Origin: an uncultured Candidatus Rokubacteria bacterium | GTDB taxonomy: Bacteria; Methylomirabilota; Methylomirabilia; Rokubacteriales; DASRDR01 | DNA length: 64,000 nucleotides | Reading direction: 5' to 3' | Assembly (NCBI GenBank): GCA_963805625.1 | Contig: CAWDVE010000011.1 | Location: forward strand, 115,481-179,480 | Notes under the pieces: model-generated | Seen by the model: only the letters and a program-made list of their open reading frames with translations | The model's database searches: none | What the model was told of the DNA's origin: nothing | Part shown: positions 19,683-30,061 of the stretch, in pieces | Layout: each line of letters begins with the position of its first letter | Position numbering within the stretch: the stretch's first letter is position 1 | Made by a program: the position numbers and the translations under genes

Positions 19683-21776
19683 TCAAGAAACGGGCGGGCG
19701 GCGCCGATCGAGGATTTCCCGGACCTTTCGGAGGAGCCCGTCCGAGGTGAACGGCTTCGGCAGGAGGGTTGCGTCCGCGCCGAGGTCGGTCTGGGAGTGG
19801 AGCTGGTCGGCGGTGTAGCCGGAGACGTAGAGCAGCCGGATCCCCGGATCCCGGGCCCGGAGCCGGACCGCCAGGTCGGGCCCGCTCATGTGGGGCATGA
19901 TCACGTCGGTCACAACGAGGTCGATGGGGCCGGGGTGGGCCTCCGCCATCGCCAGCGCCTCCACGCCGTCGCCGGCGGCCAGGACGGTGTAGCCGCCCTT
20001 CGCGAGAACCCGGTGCATGAGATCGCGCAGGGCGACCTCGTCCTCGACGAAGAGGACCGTCTCCCGGTCGCCCGGGCGGAGCCGCTCGCGCGGCGCCGAC
20101 CGTCCGGGCGTGGGGCGCGCCTCGATCCTCGGCAGGTAGACCTCGAACGAGCTGCCGCGACCGGGCTCGCTCGTCACATCGATGTAGCCCCTGTGCTGCT
20201 TGACGATCCCGTAGACGGTGGAGAGCCCGAGCCCCGTACCTCGGCCGGGCTCCTTGGTCGTGAAGAAGGGCTCGAAGAGGTGGGACATGACGTCCGGGCC
20301 CATCCCGCACCCCGTGTCGTGGATCGAGAGCCGGACGTGCGCCCCGGCGACGGAGCCCGGGTGCGCCGCGACGAAAGCCTGGTCGAGTGTCGCCGGGGCG
20401 GTCTCGAGGGTCAGACGGCCGCCCTGCGGCATGGCGTCCCGTGCGTTGACGGTGAGGTTCATGACCACCTGCTCGAGCTGTCCCGGATCCGCCGACACCC
20501 GTCCCGCGTCGGCGTCCAGCCGGAGCTCCAGCTGGACGTCCTCCCCGATGAGCCGGTGGAGCATCGTGGCGAGGTTGCCGACCAGCGTGTTGACGTCGAT
20601 CACCTGCGGCTGGAGGAACTGCCGGCGGCTGAAGGCCAGGAGCTGACGCGTCAGGGTGGCCGCGCGCTCGGACGCCCGCCGGATCTGCTCCACGTCATGG
20701 GCCAGCGCGTCGCCCTTCTTGAGGACGCTCCGGATCAGGTCGCTGTGTCCCATGATCACGGCGAGGAGATTGTTGAAGTCGTGGGCGATCCCGCCGGCCA
20801 GGCGACCGACGGCCTCCATCTTCTGCGCCTGCCGGAGCTGGGCCTCGAGGCGCTTCCGCTCGGAGGTGTCCTCGAGGATTGCCAGCGTCCCGATCGTCGA
20901 GCCGGCCGAGTCCCGGAGCAGGGCGAGCGAGAAGCGGCACTCTACCCAGCGTCCGTCCCGTGCCAGGATCTCGGTCTCGTGGTCCCGGATGCGATCCTCC
21001 ACGCGGAGGCGCCGCATCAGGGCGCGCGCCGCCTCCCGTCCCCCGCGCTGGAGCTCGGCGACCGGCCGCCCCAGCACCTCGTCGGAACGGTAGCCGAGCA
21101 GCTCCTCCGTCCGCGGGCTCCAGTACGTGATGCGGCCTTGCACGTCGGTCGTCACGATTCCCGCGGGCGAGTGCTCCGCGATGGAGCGGAGGAAGTCCCG
21201 GGCGCCCCGCGCCTCCTCGTACAGCCGGGCGTTGCGGATCGCCCGCGCGGCCTGGGCAACAAAGCTCTCGAGAAGCTCTCGGTCCTCGGCATCGAGGTCG
21301 AAGGGCGCCCGTCCGTTCAGGGCGAGGACGCCGAGCAGCGCGTCCCGATGGACGATCGGCACGATGTACGCGCTCCGGAGGTCGTGCTCCCGGAACCAGT
21401 CCACGGCGAGCATGCGCCCGTCCGCGAACACGTCCGGGACGACCAGAGTCTCGCGGTGCGCCGCGGCCCACCCGGGCAACCCCTCCTCGAACTTGATGCG
21501 ACGCCGCGGATACGTGGCGGCGAACCGCTCGTCGGAGAACGCCCGCGGCTCGAGCGTCCTCGCCGCCTCGTCGGCCACCCAGAGCCCGACGGCCGGCGCC
21601 TCCATCAGCTGCGCGGCCGCGCGGGCGATCTCGCTGAGGACCTGGTCGAGGTCGAGCGACGACGCGATGACGCCCGAAAGCCGGGCGAGCCCCTGGAGGC
21701 GGGCGAGCCGCCGGTCGGCGACCACCCTCTCGTGGCGCAGCCGCGTGATCTCGACGTCCGGCGTCTCACCACTCAC
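19683..21776 (-). CDS. Hybrid sensor kinase (GAF-PAS-HisKA-HATPase-REC)
   Basis: [45 protein letters not shown]. Confidence 0.93.
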   Translation of the reverse strand: MSGETPDVEITRLRHERVVADRRLARLQGLARLSGVIASSLDLDQVLSEIARAAAQLMEAPAVGLWVADEAARTLEPRAFSDERFAATYPRRRIKFEEGLPGWAAAHRETLVVPDVFADGRMLAVDWFREHDLRSAYIVPIVHRDALLGVLALNGRAPFDLDAEDRELLESFVAQAARAIRNARLYEEARGARDFLRSIAEHSPAGIVTTDVQGRITYWSPRTEELLGYRSDEVLGRPVAELQRGGREAARALMRRLRVEDRIRDHETEILARDGRWVECRFSLALLRDSAGSTIGTLAILEDTSERKRLEAQLRQAQKMEAVGRLAGGIAHDFNNLLAVIMGHSDLIRSVLKKGDALAHDVEQIRRASERAATLTRQLLAFSRRQFLQPQVIDVNTLVGNLATMLHRLIGEDVQLELRLDADAGRVSADPGQLEQVVMNLTVNARDAMPQGGRLTLETAPATLDQAFVAAHPGSVAGAHVRLSIHDTGCGMGPDVMSHLFEPFFTTKEPGRGTGLGLSTVYGIVKQHRGYIDVTSEPGRGSSFEVYLPRIEARPTPGRSAPRERLRPGDRETVLFVEDEVALRDLMHRVLAKGGYTVLAAGDGVEALAMAEAHPGPIDLVVTDVIMPHMSGPDLAVRLRARDPGIRLLYVSGYTADQLHSQTDLGADATLLPKPFTSDGLLRKVREILDRRRPPVS

Positions 21777-21827
21777 GGGAGAATCCTGGCGCCTCGTGTG
21801 TTGATCAGGCGGCCTGCTCCGGCGGCC

Positions 21828-21992
21828 TCAGAAGACCCGCGCCGTGCATCCGAAGTGCTGGCACCCGCACGCGTCGGCGCCGTCGCCCGCACGCGCGCAT
21901 GCCCGGCAGCAGTAGGCCCGCCCGGCGTCCACGAGGCAGCTGCAAGCCGGGTTCGCGCAACCACCCGCCGTCACCTCCGGCGCCGCGGCCAT
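21828..21992 (-). CDS. Bacterial metallothionein-like miniprotein (54 aa)
   Basis: CANPACSC...YCCRAC...CGCQHFGC: nine Cys plus His, SmtA/BmtA-like pattern. Confidence 0.7.
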   Translation of the reverse strand: MAAAPEVTAGGCANPACSCLVDAGRAYCCRACARAGDGADACGCQHFGCTARVF

Positions 21993-22096
21993 CCCACCGG
22001 GGAACTTCGGGACTGGCGGGGCTGGCGCGGTCACGAGCGGCCTCCGGCACCCCGAGTGCCACGTAACGGCGGAGCCGTGACAGGACCGCGTCGCCG

Positions 22097-22111
22097 GCAA
22101 GCAGCGCGCCA
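22097..22111 (-). promoter_or_regulatory. Sigma54 promoter for the metallothionein-like gene
   Basis: Minus strand TGGCGC-gctgc-TTGC, GG-N10-GC. Confidence 0.55.
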
Positions 22112-22235
22112 CGTCAACGGACTTTCGCTGACGATCGGCGGGACGACCATAAATAACTGGAAACACGAACCTTCCGTCACCTACGCCGCCTTCCTGTCCA
22201 TTACCGTCCCCGACCAGTAAAGTCACCAGCAGGGC

Positions 22236-22251
22236 GGGCATGATCCTTGCT
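22236..22251 (+). promoter_or_regulatory. Sigma54-like promoter, divergent
   Basis: GGGCAT-gatcc-TTGCT, GG-N10-GC, ending 18 nt before ATG 22270. Confidence 0.5.
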
Positions 22252-22269
22252 CATCCGATCTGCACGGAT

Positions 22270-22491
22270 ATGGCTTCCTCGATTCTCAACACCTCGGTCC
22301 TCTCGAGTTGCCGCGTGTGCGGGTGGGCGACGCTCCCCGGCTCCACGCTCTGCGTGGGATGCTTGGACATCCGTGAGTGGAGCCGCGTCAACCGCGCGTT
22401 CTGCGAACTGCTCCACCGTACCCAGCCACTCGATCGCGCGTCCGGGCGCGCCGAGATCTACGCGTCCGCCGGCTTCGCCCTGACGGCCTAG
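22270..22491 (+). CDS. Small Cys-rich (CxxC...CxxC) protein
   Basis: CRVC-x9-CVGC followed by an amphipathic helix (WSRVNRAFCELLHR). Confidence 0.5.
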   Translation: MASSILNTSVLSSCRVCGWATLPGSTLCVGCLDIREWSRVNRAFCELLHRTQPLDRASGRAEIYASAGFALTA

Positions 22492-22603
22492 CACCCCAGC
22501 GCCTCCGGATTCCCGCCGCGGGTCCTCTCGCCGGTTCGCCCCGAGCGCCGGGGCCCTCACCGTCGCCACCCGCGGCGAATCGCGCGAAGCGAGGAAGTGG
22601 GCA

Positions 22604-23788
22604 CTAGACGACGCCGCTCGTGCGGAGCTCCGCGACCGCATCGGAAGAATAGCCGAGCACCTTCGTCAGGACCTCGTCCGTGTGCTCGCCGAGGAGCGGC
22701 GCGGGCGTCGCGGCCTCGGCGGGCGTCCCGTGGAGCCGGATCGGCGGCCCGACCATCCGCATGCGCCCCGCGGTCGGATGGTTCACGGTCACGATCGCGC
22801 CGCGCGCCCGGAGATGCTCCGACTCCAGCGCCTCGCCCACCGACTTGATCTTCCCCGCCGGCACGCCCGCGCGCTCCAGCCGCGCGAGCCACTCGGCAGC
22901 CGGGGCCGTCCGGAAGATCGCGGCAAGCAGCGGGACCAGCACGTCGCGATGCTCGACGCGCTTCGTCTCCGTGTCGAAGCGCGCGTCCGTCGCGAGCTCC
23001 GTGTGGCCGATCCCCTGGCAGAAGCGCGTCCAGAGCGAGTTGTTCGCGACGCCGACCGTGAGGTAACCGTCCGCCGCCTCGAAGACCTCGTAGGGCACGA
23101 TGGACGGGTGCTGGTTCCCTCGGCGCCGGGGGCTCACGCCCGTCGTGAGGTACCCCTGCCCCTGGTAGGTGAGGAGCGCTGCCATCACCTCGAGCATCGC
23201 GATCTCGACCTTCTGACCGGCGCCCGTCCGTTCCCGGGCGAGGAGCGCCAGCACCACCCCGTGCGCGGCCATAGTGCCCGAGGCGAGATCGGCGATCGAG
23301 TTGCCCACCTTCACCGGCGGCCCGTCGGGGAAGCCGGTGAGGTCCATGACGCCCGACTCCCCCTGGACGATCAGGTCGTAGCCCGGCCGGCTCGCCTCCG
23401 GCCCCGACTCGCCGAAGCCCGAGATGGAGCAGTAGACGAGCCGGGAATTCAGCGCGTGGACGGCCTCCCAGCCGAAGCCGAGCCGCGCGAGCGTGCCGGG
23501 CCGGAAGTTCTCGACCAGCACGTCCGCGCCCGCGAGGAGCTTCCCGAGGACCGTCTTCCCCGCCCCCGCCTTGAGGTCGAGCGTGACGCTCTTCTTCCCG
23601 CGGTTGACGCTCATGAAGTAGGTCGACTCGCCGCCGGCGAAGGCGGGCCAGGCGCGCGTGTCGTCCCCCTTGCCCGGCTCCTCGACCTTGATCACCTCGG
23701 CCCCCATGTCGGCGAGGAGCATCGTGGCGTAGGGCCCCGCGAGCACACGGGACAGGTCGATGACGCGCACCCCGTCGAGCGGCCTCAT
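22604..23788 (-). CDS. CaiB/BaiF family III CoA-transferase
   Basis: PLDGVRVIDLSRVLAGP, NRGKKS, ENFRPG, PLLGEHT. Confidence 0.95.
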   Translation of the reverse strand: MRPLDGVRVIDLSRVLAGPYATMLLADMGAEVIKVEEPGKGDDTRAWPAFAGGESTYFMSVNRGKKSVTLDLKAGAGKTVLGKLLAGADVLVENFRPGTLARLGFGWEAVHALNSRLVYCSISGFGESGPEASRPGYDLIVQGESGVMDLTGFPDGPPVKVGNSIADLASGTMAAHGVVLALLARERTGAGQKVEIAMLEVMAALLTYQGQGYLTTGVSPRRRGNQHPSIVPYEVFEAADGYLTVGVANNSLWTRFCQGIGHTELATDARFDTETKRVEHRDVLVPLLAAIFRTAPAAEWLARLERAGVPAGKIKSVGEALESEHLRARGAIVTVNHPTAGRMRMVGPPIRLHGTPAEAATPAPLLGEHTDEVLTKVLGYSSDAVAELRTSGVV

Positions 23789-24339
23789 GGGGTCCTCCGC
23801 AGGAGCCGCTTGGCGGCGCTCTTGGCGAACGCAGAGACCCGGCCGGTTGCGGTCCCCGCGCGCTGGCGCCAGAACAGCGCCGCGCGCTCGCTCAGGCTCA
23901 ACATCGAGAAGTAGTAGATATCGTCCACGGCCTCGATCGCCACGCGCGCGCCGAGGCGGAGCCCCTTGGTGTCCGTGCCGTGGCAGAAGAACTTCGCGCC
24001 GCCAGGCAGCTCGACGAGGGCCAGGTGGAGCGGCGAAGCGAACCCCGTCGGTGGCGAGTAGAGCGTGGTGAAGGAGACGACCTCCCCGTGGGCCGCCACC
24101 GTCATGGGCGCCATGGGTGTCCCGTCGTCGGGGCAGTAGCGCGCCGGCGGCGCGCACGCCCGCGCGCAGCGGGGGCAGCGGGACGCCGGGATGACCCCCT
24201 CTGACACGGGCCAGGCTGAACGCTCGGGCGTCGCGGCGCTCACCGGGCCGCCCTCACCCCCCGCCGGTGCCGGTCGGGCGATCGGGATCGGACGGCTGAC
24301 GGCGCCGCCGTCCATCTCCGGCGGCCTGTGCGCGGTCAC
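23785..24339 (-). CDS. DUF35-like zinc-ribbon/OB-fold protein
   Basis: CPRC...YCPDD, GEVVSFTT, LALVEL. Coupled to the thiolase. True start may be about 24205. Confidence 0.75.
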   Translation of the reverse strand: MTAHRPPEMDGGAVSRPIPIARPAPAGGEGGPVSAATPERSAWPVSEGVIPASRCPRCARACAPPARYCPDDGTPMAPMTVAAHGEVVSFTTLYSPPTGFASPLHLALVELPGGAKFFCHGTDTKGLRLGARVAIEAVDDIYYFSMLSLSERAALFWRQRAGTATGRVSAFAKSAAKRLLRRTP

Positions 24340-25460
24340 GCAGCCTCCAGGAGAGTCACCCAGTTGGACGTGGCGAGACCGCCGATGGACTGCGCGAGCC
24401 CGACGCGCGCCGACACCTGCCGGCCGGTCGCCTGCCCGGTGAGCTGCCAGCAGAGCTCGACGACCTGGGCGAGGCCCGTCGCGCCGAGGGGATGGCCGCG
24501 CGCCTTGAGACCACCCGAGGGATTCACCGGCAGCCGCCCGTCGAGCGCCGTCTCGCCGTGGGCGACCATGCGGGCCGCCTTCCCCGCGGACGCGAGCCCC
24601 GTGTCCTCCATCGAGATCAGCTCGAAGGGCGTGAAGGCGTCGTGGAGCTCTGCCACTCCGACCCGCTCCGGCCCGAAGCCGGCCATGCGGAACGCCGTGC
24701 GGGCCGCGTCACGCGTCGCCCGGAACCCGGTGAAGTCGTCCCGATAGCGGAGGGCGAGGTAGTCCGACCCCTGGCCGATGCCGGCGATGCGGACGGGCGC
24801 GCGCTCGGCGCGGACGACGACGGCGGCCGCGCCGTCCGAGATCGGGCAGCAGTGGTAGAGGCGAAGCGGATCCGCCACGAGCCGGCTCTCCAGGACCGTC
24901 TCGATGGTCACCGGCTCCTGGAAGTGCGCGAGAGGGTTCTTGGCGCCGTTCGCGTGGTTCTTGACGGCGACCAGCGAGAGATCGCGCAGCGTGGCGCCGG
25001 TCCGCGTCATCCACGCCCGCGTGACGATCCCCGCCAGCGCCGGCATGGTCGCCCCGTACGAGCGCTCATAGGGGTCGATCGACCGGCCGATCAGCTCCGA
25101 GACGCGGGGCGTCGGGAGGTGGGTCATCTTCTCGCCGCCGACGACGAGGACGCTGCGATGGAGACCGGCCGCCACCTCGGCGTACGCCGCGAACAGGGCG
25201 GCGGCGCCCGACGAGCTCGCGGTCTCGGCGCGGAGGCTCGGCACCCGCGCGAGCCCGAGATAGGTTGCCACGTGGGACGCGAAGTTGCCCTCGCCGACGA
25301 ACTCCTCGGGATTCATCGCCGAGACCACGAGGGCGTCGGGCCGCTCCAGGCCGGCGGCCGCGAGGGCGCCCCGGCCGGCCTCCGCCATGAGGTCGGGCAG
25401 CGAGTCCTCCCGCCGCCCGACCCGGGTCATGGCCGCCCCCGCGATGTAGACCTCGCCCAC
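24336..25460 (-). CDS. SCP2-type thiolase-family protein
   Basis: VGGEKM, SDGAAA, ELHDAF, NPSGGL, GHPLGATG. The nucleophile motif reads ETASSSG. Confidence 0.9.
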   Translation of the reverse strand: MGEVYIAGAAMTRVGRREDSLPDLMAEAGRGALAAAGLERPDALVVSAMNPEEFVGEGNFASHVATYLGLARVPSLRAETASSSGAAALFAAYAEVAAGLHRSVLVVGGEKMTHLPTPRVSELIGRSIDPYERSYGATMPALAGIVTRAWMTRTGATLRDLSLVAVKNHANGAKNPLAHFQEPVTIETVLESRLVADPLRLYHCCPISDGAAAVVVRAERAPVRIAGIGQGSDYLALRYRDDFTGFRATRDAARTAFRMAGFGPERVGVAELHDAFTPFELISMEDTGLASAGKAARMVAHGETALDGRLPVNPSGGLKARGHPLGATGLAQVVELCWQLTGQATGRQVSARVGLAQSIGGLATSNWVTLLEAA

Positions 25461-25750
25461 GCTGGCCTCCCGAACGGCCGAATGGCTCCGGCGGAATGGC
25501 TCCGCCAGAAGCAAGCGTACCATCGAGGCGGTCACGCCCGGGCGAGGCTCGATGATGGCCGGGGATGGGCTCGGCCGGAGCCTGGACCCCGGAGATCGCC
25601 ACGACCCCTGAGGACTCTGGGCGGCCGGCTGGGCCTTGACGCCGCCTCGGCGGAGCCATAGCGTGGTCCTGGACGGACCGGACCAACCCAGATCACCGGA
25701 GCGCCCCGCGACGGATGACCGGCGCGGGGACGTCGACCGTGGGAGGCACC

Positions 25751-26677
25751 ATGGCGGACGGGGTAGCGTTCATCGACGGCGAGTACACACCGGCTCATGA
25801 GGCGCGGATTCCCCTCTTCGACCTCGGGTTCACGCGCGGCGACGCCGTGTACGACACCGTCTCGGTCTGGAAGGGACGCTTTTTCCGGCTCGACGATCAC
25901 ATCGCCCGTTTCCTGCGCTCGTGCGCGGGCGCGCGGCTCACCTGCCCCCACCCGCCCGAGGAGCTGAAGCGCATCTTGGCGGAGTGCGTCCACCGCGCCG
26001 GCCTGGAGGACTCCTATGTCCAGATGATCGTGACGCGGGGCGAGTTCGTCTCGATGACCAAGCGCGACCCGCGGCTCTGCCGGAACCGCTTCGTCGCCTT
26101 CGCGCTGCCGTACATCTGGATCGTGCCGCCCGAGCGGCAGGAGGTCGGCATCGACCTCGCGATGGTCGACAATCGCCGGACGCCGACGGAGGCGATCGAC
26201 CCCCGCGTGAAGAACTTCAACTGGATGGACCTCCAGCGGGGCCTCTTCGAGGCGCTCGACCGCGGGGCTGACACCGCCGTTCTCTGCACGCCCGCCGGGC
26301 ACCTGGCCGAGGGCCCGGGCTTCAACCTGTTCGTGGTGAAGGACGGGACGGTGTGGACGCCGCGCGGCAACATCCTCGAGGGGATCACGCGCCAGACGGT
26401 CCTCGACCTCGCGGTCGAGCTCGGGGTCCCCGCCCGCCAGGCGGATCTGACGCCGAACGCGCTCCGGACGGCGGACGAGGCGTTCCTCTCGTCCACGGCC
26501 GGCGGCATCATGCCGGTCTCGCGGGTGGACGGGAAGCCGCTGGGCGCCGGGCGGCCGGGTCCCCTCACCACGCGCTTCCGGACGCTCTACTGGGAGAAGC
26601 GCGAGGCCGGCTGGCGGGGGACCCCCGTCGCCGATCTGGTTAGCGTAGCTAGCCCGGCCGGAACCCGCGCCCGCTAG
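25751..26677 (+). CDS. Class IV aminotransferase (BCAT / (R)-amine transaminase-like)
   Basis: DLGFTRGDAVYD, FFRLDDH, VKNFNWMD, EGPGFN, LEGITR, SSTAGG. Confidence 0.9.
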   Translation: MADGVAFIDGEYTPAHEARIPLFDLGFTRGDAVYDTVSVWKGRFFRLDDHIARFLRSCAGARLTCPHPPEELKRILAECVHRAGLEDSYVQMIVTRGEFVSMTKRDPRLCRNRFVAFALPYIWIVPPERQEVGIDLAMVDNRRTPTEAIDPRVKNFNWMDLQRGLFEALDRGADTAVLCTPAGHLAEGPGFNLFVVKDGTVWTPRGNILEGITRQTVLDLAVELGVPARQADLTPNALRTADEAFLSSTAGGIMPVSRVDGKPLGAGRPGPLTTRFRTLYWEKREAGWRGTPVADLVSVASPAGTRAR

Positions 26678-27021
26678 CCCTCGTCCGACTTGTCCTCCTC
26701 GCGGAGGCGCTTTCGGAACTCCCGTGCTGCCTCCTCGGTGACCTCCTCACGCGGACGCTGGCGCCGGTCCTCGATGATGTCGACCCCGCTCTGGCCCATC
26801 ACGGCCCGGAGCTGGTCGAGTAGCTCCGGATGGCCCCGGGCCACGATGAACAGCGACTGAGAGTCGTCGTCGCCGATGCGGTGCACGGTTGGGCGCTGGG
26901 GAACCCCGCCTTCGCCAGCCGGCTCGGGCCCCGACTCCCCCAAGGCGTCCACCGCCTCGCCACAGACCCCGCAGGTGACCCGCAGCCACGGATGGGTGCA
27001 GCCTCGGCCCGGCTCAGACAC
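26674..27021 (-). CDS. Hypothetical protein with a DRR-motif domain
   Basis: LFIVARGHPELLDQL...VDIIEDRRQRPR, similar to 53423-53779. Confidence 0.6.
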   Translation of the reverse strand: MSEPGRGCTHPWLRVTCGVCGEAVDALGESGPEPAGEGGVPQRPTVHRIGDDDSQSLFIVARGHPELLDQLRAVMGQSGVDIIEDRRQRPREEVTEEAAREFRKRLREEDKSDEG

Positions 27022-27146
27022 TCCCGGCCTCCCTCGCGCGGCGCCGGCGCGGCGCCCTCACCTTCATCCACCTCGCCTCTCCGGTCGACAGGCCGCTGGG
27101 CGCCCTCGCGCGGCCCTCGTCGCGGGAGTCTCCCACGGCTGCCGCG

Positions 27147-27176
27147 AGTGTAGGGACCCGCCCCTGACAGTGTCAA
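27147..27176 (-). promoter_or_regulatory. Sigma70-like promoter with overlapping palindrome
   Basis: Minus strand TTGACA-N18-TACACT. Palindrome TGACAgTGTCA (27165-27175) overlaps the -35. Confidence 0.45.
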
Positions 27177-27239
27177 GATTTGACGGGAATCACTCCGCGA
27201 CCGCGCTTCCGGGACAGCCGCGGCCTGATCCCGGTCGCT

Positions 27240-27704
27240 TCAGGGCACGGCGATCCCGCGCCGGGTCAGCTCCGCCTCGAGATGGAGGGGCCGCGTGCCG
27301 ACGGGCTTCCCCCCGGGCACCGTCCAGAACACCTCGAACTCAAGCCCGTCCGGGTCCTTCGCGTAGAGCGACAGGCTGACGCCGTGATCCGACGATCCCA
27401 CCAGCGCCCCGGCCTCGGTCAGGCGACGCCGGGCGCGCACCAGGTCGGTGAGCTCGCCCACCTCCCACGCGGAGTGATACATGCGCGCGACGCCCTCGTC
27501 GGGCGGCGGGGCCCCGCGCTGCTCGAACAGCCCGAGGTGGTGGTCGTCGGGACTGCCGGGGATCTTCAGGAACGCCGCGTTCGGGTACCGTACCTTCACC
27601 TCGAAGCCCAGGACGTCGCGATAGAAGCGCACGCTGCGCTCGACATCCGATATCCAGAGGACCAGGTGCTGGAGTCGCCTGAGGCCGATTCCGTCGGTCG
27701 TCAT
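27240..27704 (-). CDS. VOC/glyoxalase family protein
   Basis: LQHLVLWISDVERSVRFY, YHSAWEV, DHGVSLSLYAKDPDGLEFE. Confidence 0.9.
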   Translation of the reverse strand: MTTDGIGLRRLQHLVLWISDVERSVRFYRDVLGFEVKVRYPNAAFLKIPGSPDDHHLGLFEQRGAPPPDEGVARMYHSAWEVGELTDLVRARRRLTEAGALVGSSDHGVSLSLYAKDPDGLEFEVFWTVPGGKPVGTRPLHLEAELTRRGIAVP

Positions 27705-27774
27705 TGGAAAACTCCCACAGGGTGCCGGCGAGCCCGTCCCGGGCGTTCCCGATACCCTGGCCAGAGGTGTCGAT

Positions 27775-28173
27775 CTACGGCTTGATGAGCTGCTCCCGGC
27801 CGTCCTTGCTCGTCAGTTTCAAGGAGGCCCTCGCGTCCTCGGCCTTTAAGATGACATGGATCGCATCTGACTCGGCCAGAAGGCTGAGCCCCGCGCCCTG
27901 CTCGGAGCCGGCGAGCTTCACGGACGGCCGGCCGTTCGGGTCGATGAGGCGAAGGATCACGGTCTCCGGATAGGGTTGACCGTTGGCCGTGCCGCCAGGC
28001 TGGATCTTGAGGCTGGCCCGCACCCTCCCCAGGTCGTCCACGATCTCGAGCGCGCGTCCGCGGAGCACCGAATCGGCGCCGTGTGCGTCGGGCGCCCCAG
28101 CGCGTACCAGCAGGAACAGCAGGAGTCCGAGATTGACGAACGTGAGGGCGGCGAGAAGTCTCCGAGTCGTCAT
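27775..28173 (-). CDS. Secreted/membrane hypothetical protein
   Basis: RBS aggaggagg, signal-like N-terminus, VLRGRALEIVDDLGRVRASL. Confidence 0.7.
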   Translation of the reverse strand: MTTRRLLAALTFVNLGLLLFLLVRAGAPDAHGADSVLRGRALEIVDDLGRVRASLKIQPGGTANGQPYPETVILRLIDPNGRPSVKLAGSEQGAGLSLLAESDAIHVILKAEDARASLKLTSKDGREQLIKP

Positions 28174-28247
28174 GGCCCGTCCTCCTCCTGCGACGCGTCG
28201 TGGACGCCGCGCCCGCCAGCTTCGGCGTTCAAACACCATCGCATGGG

Positions 28248-29390
28248 CTAGGCGCCCGCCCGCAAGTGGACGGCCGCGCGATCGAGCTGGGCCAGGGTGG
28301 GACGCCCGATGAGGGCGAGAGCGCGGTCGATCTCCTTCTCGAGGATCTCGATCGCCATCTCCACGCCGCGCTCGCCGAGTGCGGCGACCCCGTAGTTGAA
28401 CGCCTTGCCGATCATGCAGGCGCGGGCGCCCAGCGCGATCGCCTTGACCACGTCCGAGCCGCGGCGGATGCCGCCGTCGAGGATCACCTCGGCCCGCCCG
28501 TCCACGGCGTCGACGATCTCCGGCAGCACCTCGATCGGCGACGGCGCGTGGTCGAGCTGGCGGCCTCCGTGGTTCGACACGATGATCGCCTCGATGCCGC
28601 GCTCGGCCGCCTGGCGCGCGTCCTCCCCGGACATGATTCCCTTGAGCACGATCGGCCCCGGCCAGATGGACCGGTACCAGTCGACATCGGCCCAGCCGAT
28701 GGACGCGCTGAACTGCTTCGTGGTGAAGGCGGCCAGCGAGACGGCGTCGTGCTCCACACCAGGCATCCCCACGAAGTTGCCGAAGGTCGGCCGAGGGTGA
28801 GTCAGGAAGTCCCGCAGCCAGGAGAAGCGGCGCAGCGTGTCGAGCACGTTCTTCACCGTGATCCGCGGCGGGAGCACGAGCCCGCTGCGGATATCGCGCT
28901 CGCGCTGTCCCAGGACCGGGGTGTCGAGGGTCACCACGAGGGCGCGGTATCCGGCCGCCTTCGCGCGCTCGATCAGCATCTGCACGATCCCGCGATCCCG
29001 CCACACGTAGAGCTGGTACCAGATGGGCCCGGTCGCAGCCTGGGCGATCTCCTCCATCGGGCAGATCGACATGGTGCTGGCCGTGTAGATGATGCCCTTC
29101 CGGCCGGCCGCGCGGGCAGCCAGGGCCTCGCCACGGGGCCAGAACATCCCGGTAAAGCCCGTGGGCGCGAGGATGAGCGGCGACGAGACCGGAATGCCGA
29201 GGACCGTCGCGGACTGGTCCCGGTAGCTCACGTCCACCAGCGCCCGAGGCCGGAACCGGTAGCGCTCGAAGTCCGTCTGGTTGGCGCCGATGGTGACTTC
29301 GTCCTCGGCGCCGCCGTCGATGTAGTCGAAGAGCGCCCGCGGCAACCGCCGCCGGGCGGCCTTCCGGAGGTCGTCGATCGTGACGATCAT
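28248..29390 (-). CDS. FMN-dependent alpha-hydroxy acid dehydrogenase (LldD-like)
   Basis: FDYIDGGA, WYQLY, VSNHGGRQLD, DGGIRRGSDV. Confidence 0.95.
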   Translation of the reverse strand: MIVTIDDLRKAARRRLPRALFDYIDGGAEDEVTIGANQTDFERYRFRPRALVDVSYRDQSATVLGIPVSSPLILAPTGFTGMFWPRGEALAARAAGRKGIIYTASTMSICPMEEIAQAATGPIWYQLYVWRDRGIVQMLIERAKAAGYRALVVTLDTPVLGQRERDIRSGLVLPPRITVKNVLDTLRRFSWLRDFLTHPRPTFGNFVGMPGVEHDAVSLAAFTTKQFSASIGWADVDWYRSIWPGPIVLKGIMSGEDARQAAERGIEAIIVSNHGGRQLDHAPSPIEVLPEIVDAVDGRAEVILDGGIRRGSDVVKAIALGARACMIGKAFNYGVAALGERGVEMAIEILEKEIDRALALIGRPTLAQLDRAAVHLRAGA

Positions 29391-29458
29391 GCGGTGAGCT
29401 TACTCCCTCGGAGGGCCCGGCCGCAGGGCACGGACCAACCCCCCGCCGGTGGAGAAGA

Positions 29459-30025
29459 TCAGCTGAGCGCCTCGAGAGCCGCCCTCGCCTGCGTCGTCCA
29501 GAAGCCCATGTCCATTTCGCCGTACATCGTCGCAGCGGTGGCGAGGTGTTCCCCCGTCCGAAGCACCGCGATCGCGCGCTCGACATGTGATCGCGCCTTC
29601 GGATAGTCACCTTGGGCCAGGTGGAGCGCGCCCGCTGTCCGGTGGACCAGGCCGACGGCGTACGCCTACTGAGTCGACTGAGGTCGATCACCGGCAGATA
29701 GCTCGTCGCCTTGCCGTACGAGACCGAGGCGGCCTCGAGGACCAGCCGGTCTTGCAGGCGGTGCGAGTGGGTGAACTCGTAGACGAGGCGTGACTTGCCT
29801 ATCCTCGCCTCGCCGACGATCGCCAACACCTGCCCGTGACCGTCGCCGGCGAGCAGCTGGGCATGGTGGAGCTGCTCCAGCTCGGCGTCGCGGCCAACGA
29901 ACCGCGTCAGCCCGCGCCGCGCGGCCGCCTGGAACCGGGTCCGCGCGGGGCCCGCACCCGTCACCTCGAAGACCTCCACCACGTCGGCGAGCCCCTTTCA
30001 CCAGCACTGGGCCGAGCGGCTTCAC
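29459..30025 (-). pseudogene. Internally deleted adenylate cyclase-AAA-TPR gene
   Basis: Pieces colinear with 49101-52468: [42 protein letters not shown], then a jump to EHLATAATMY..MGFW. Confidence 0.85.
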
Positions 30026-30061
30026 GGTGACGCGTCGTGCCGTCCGGGGGACGGCCTCAGG

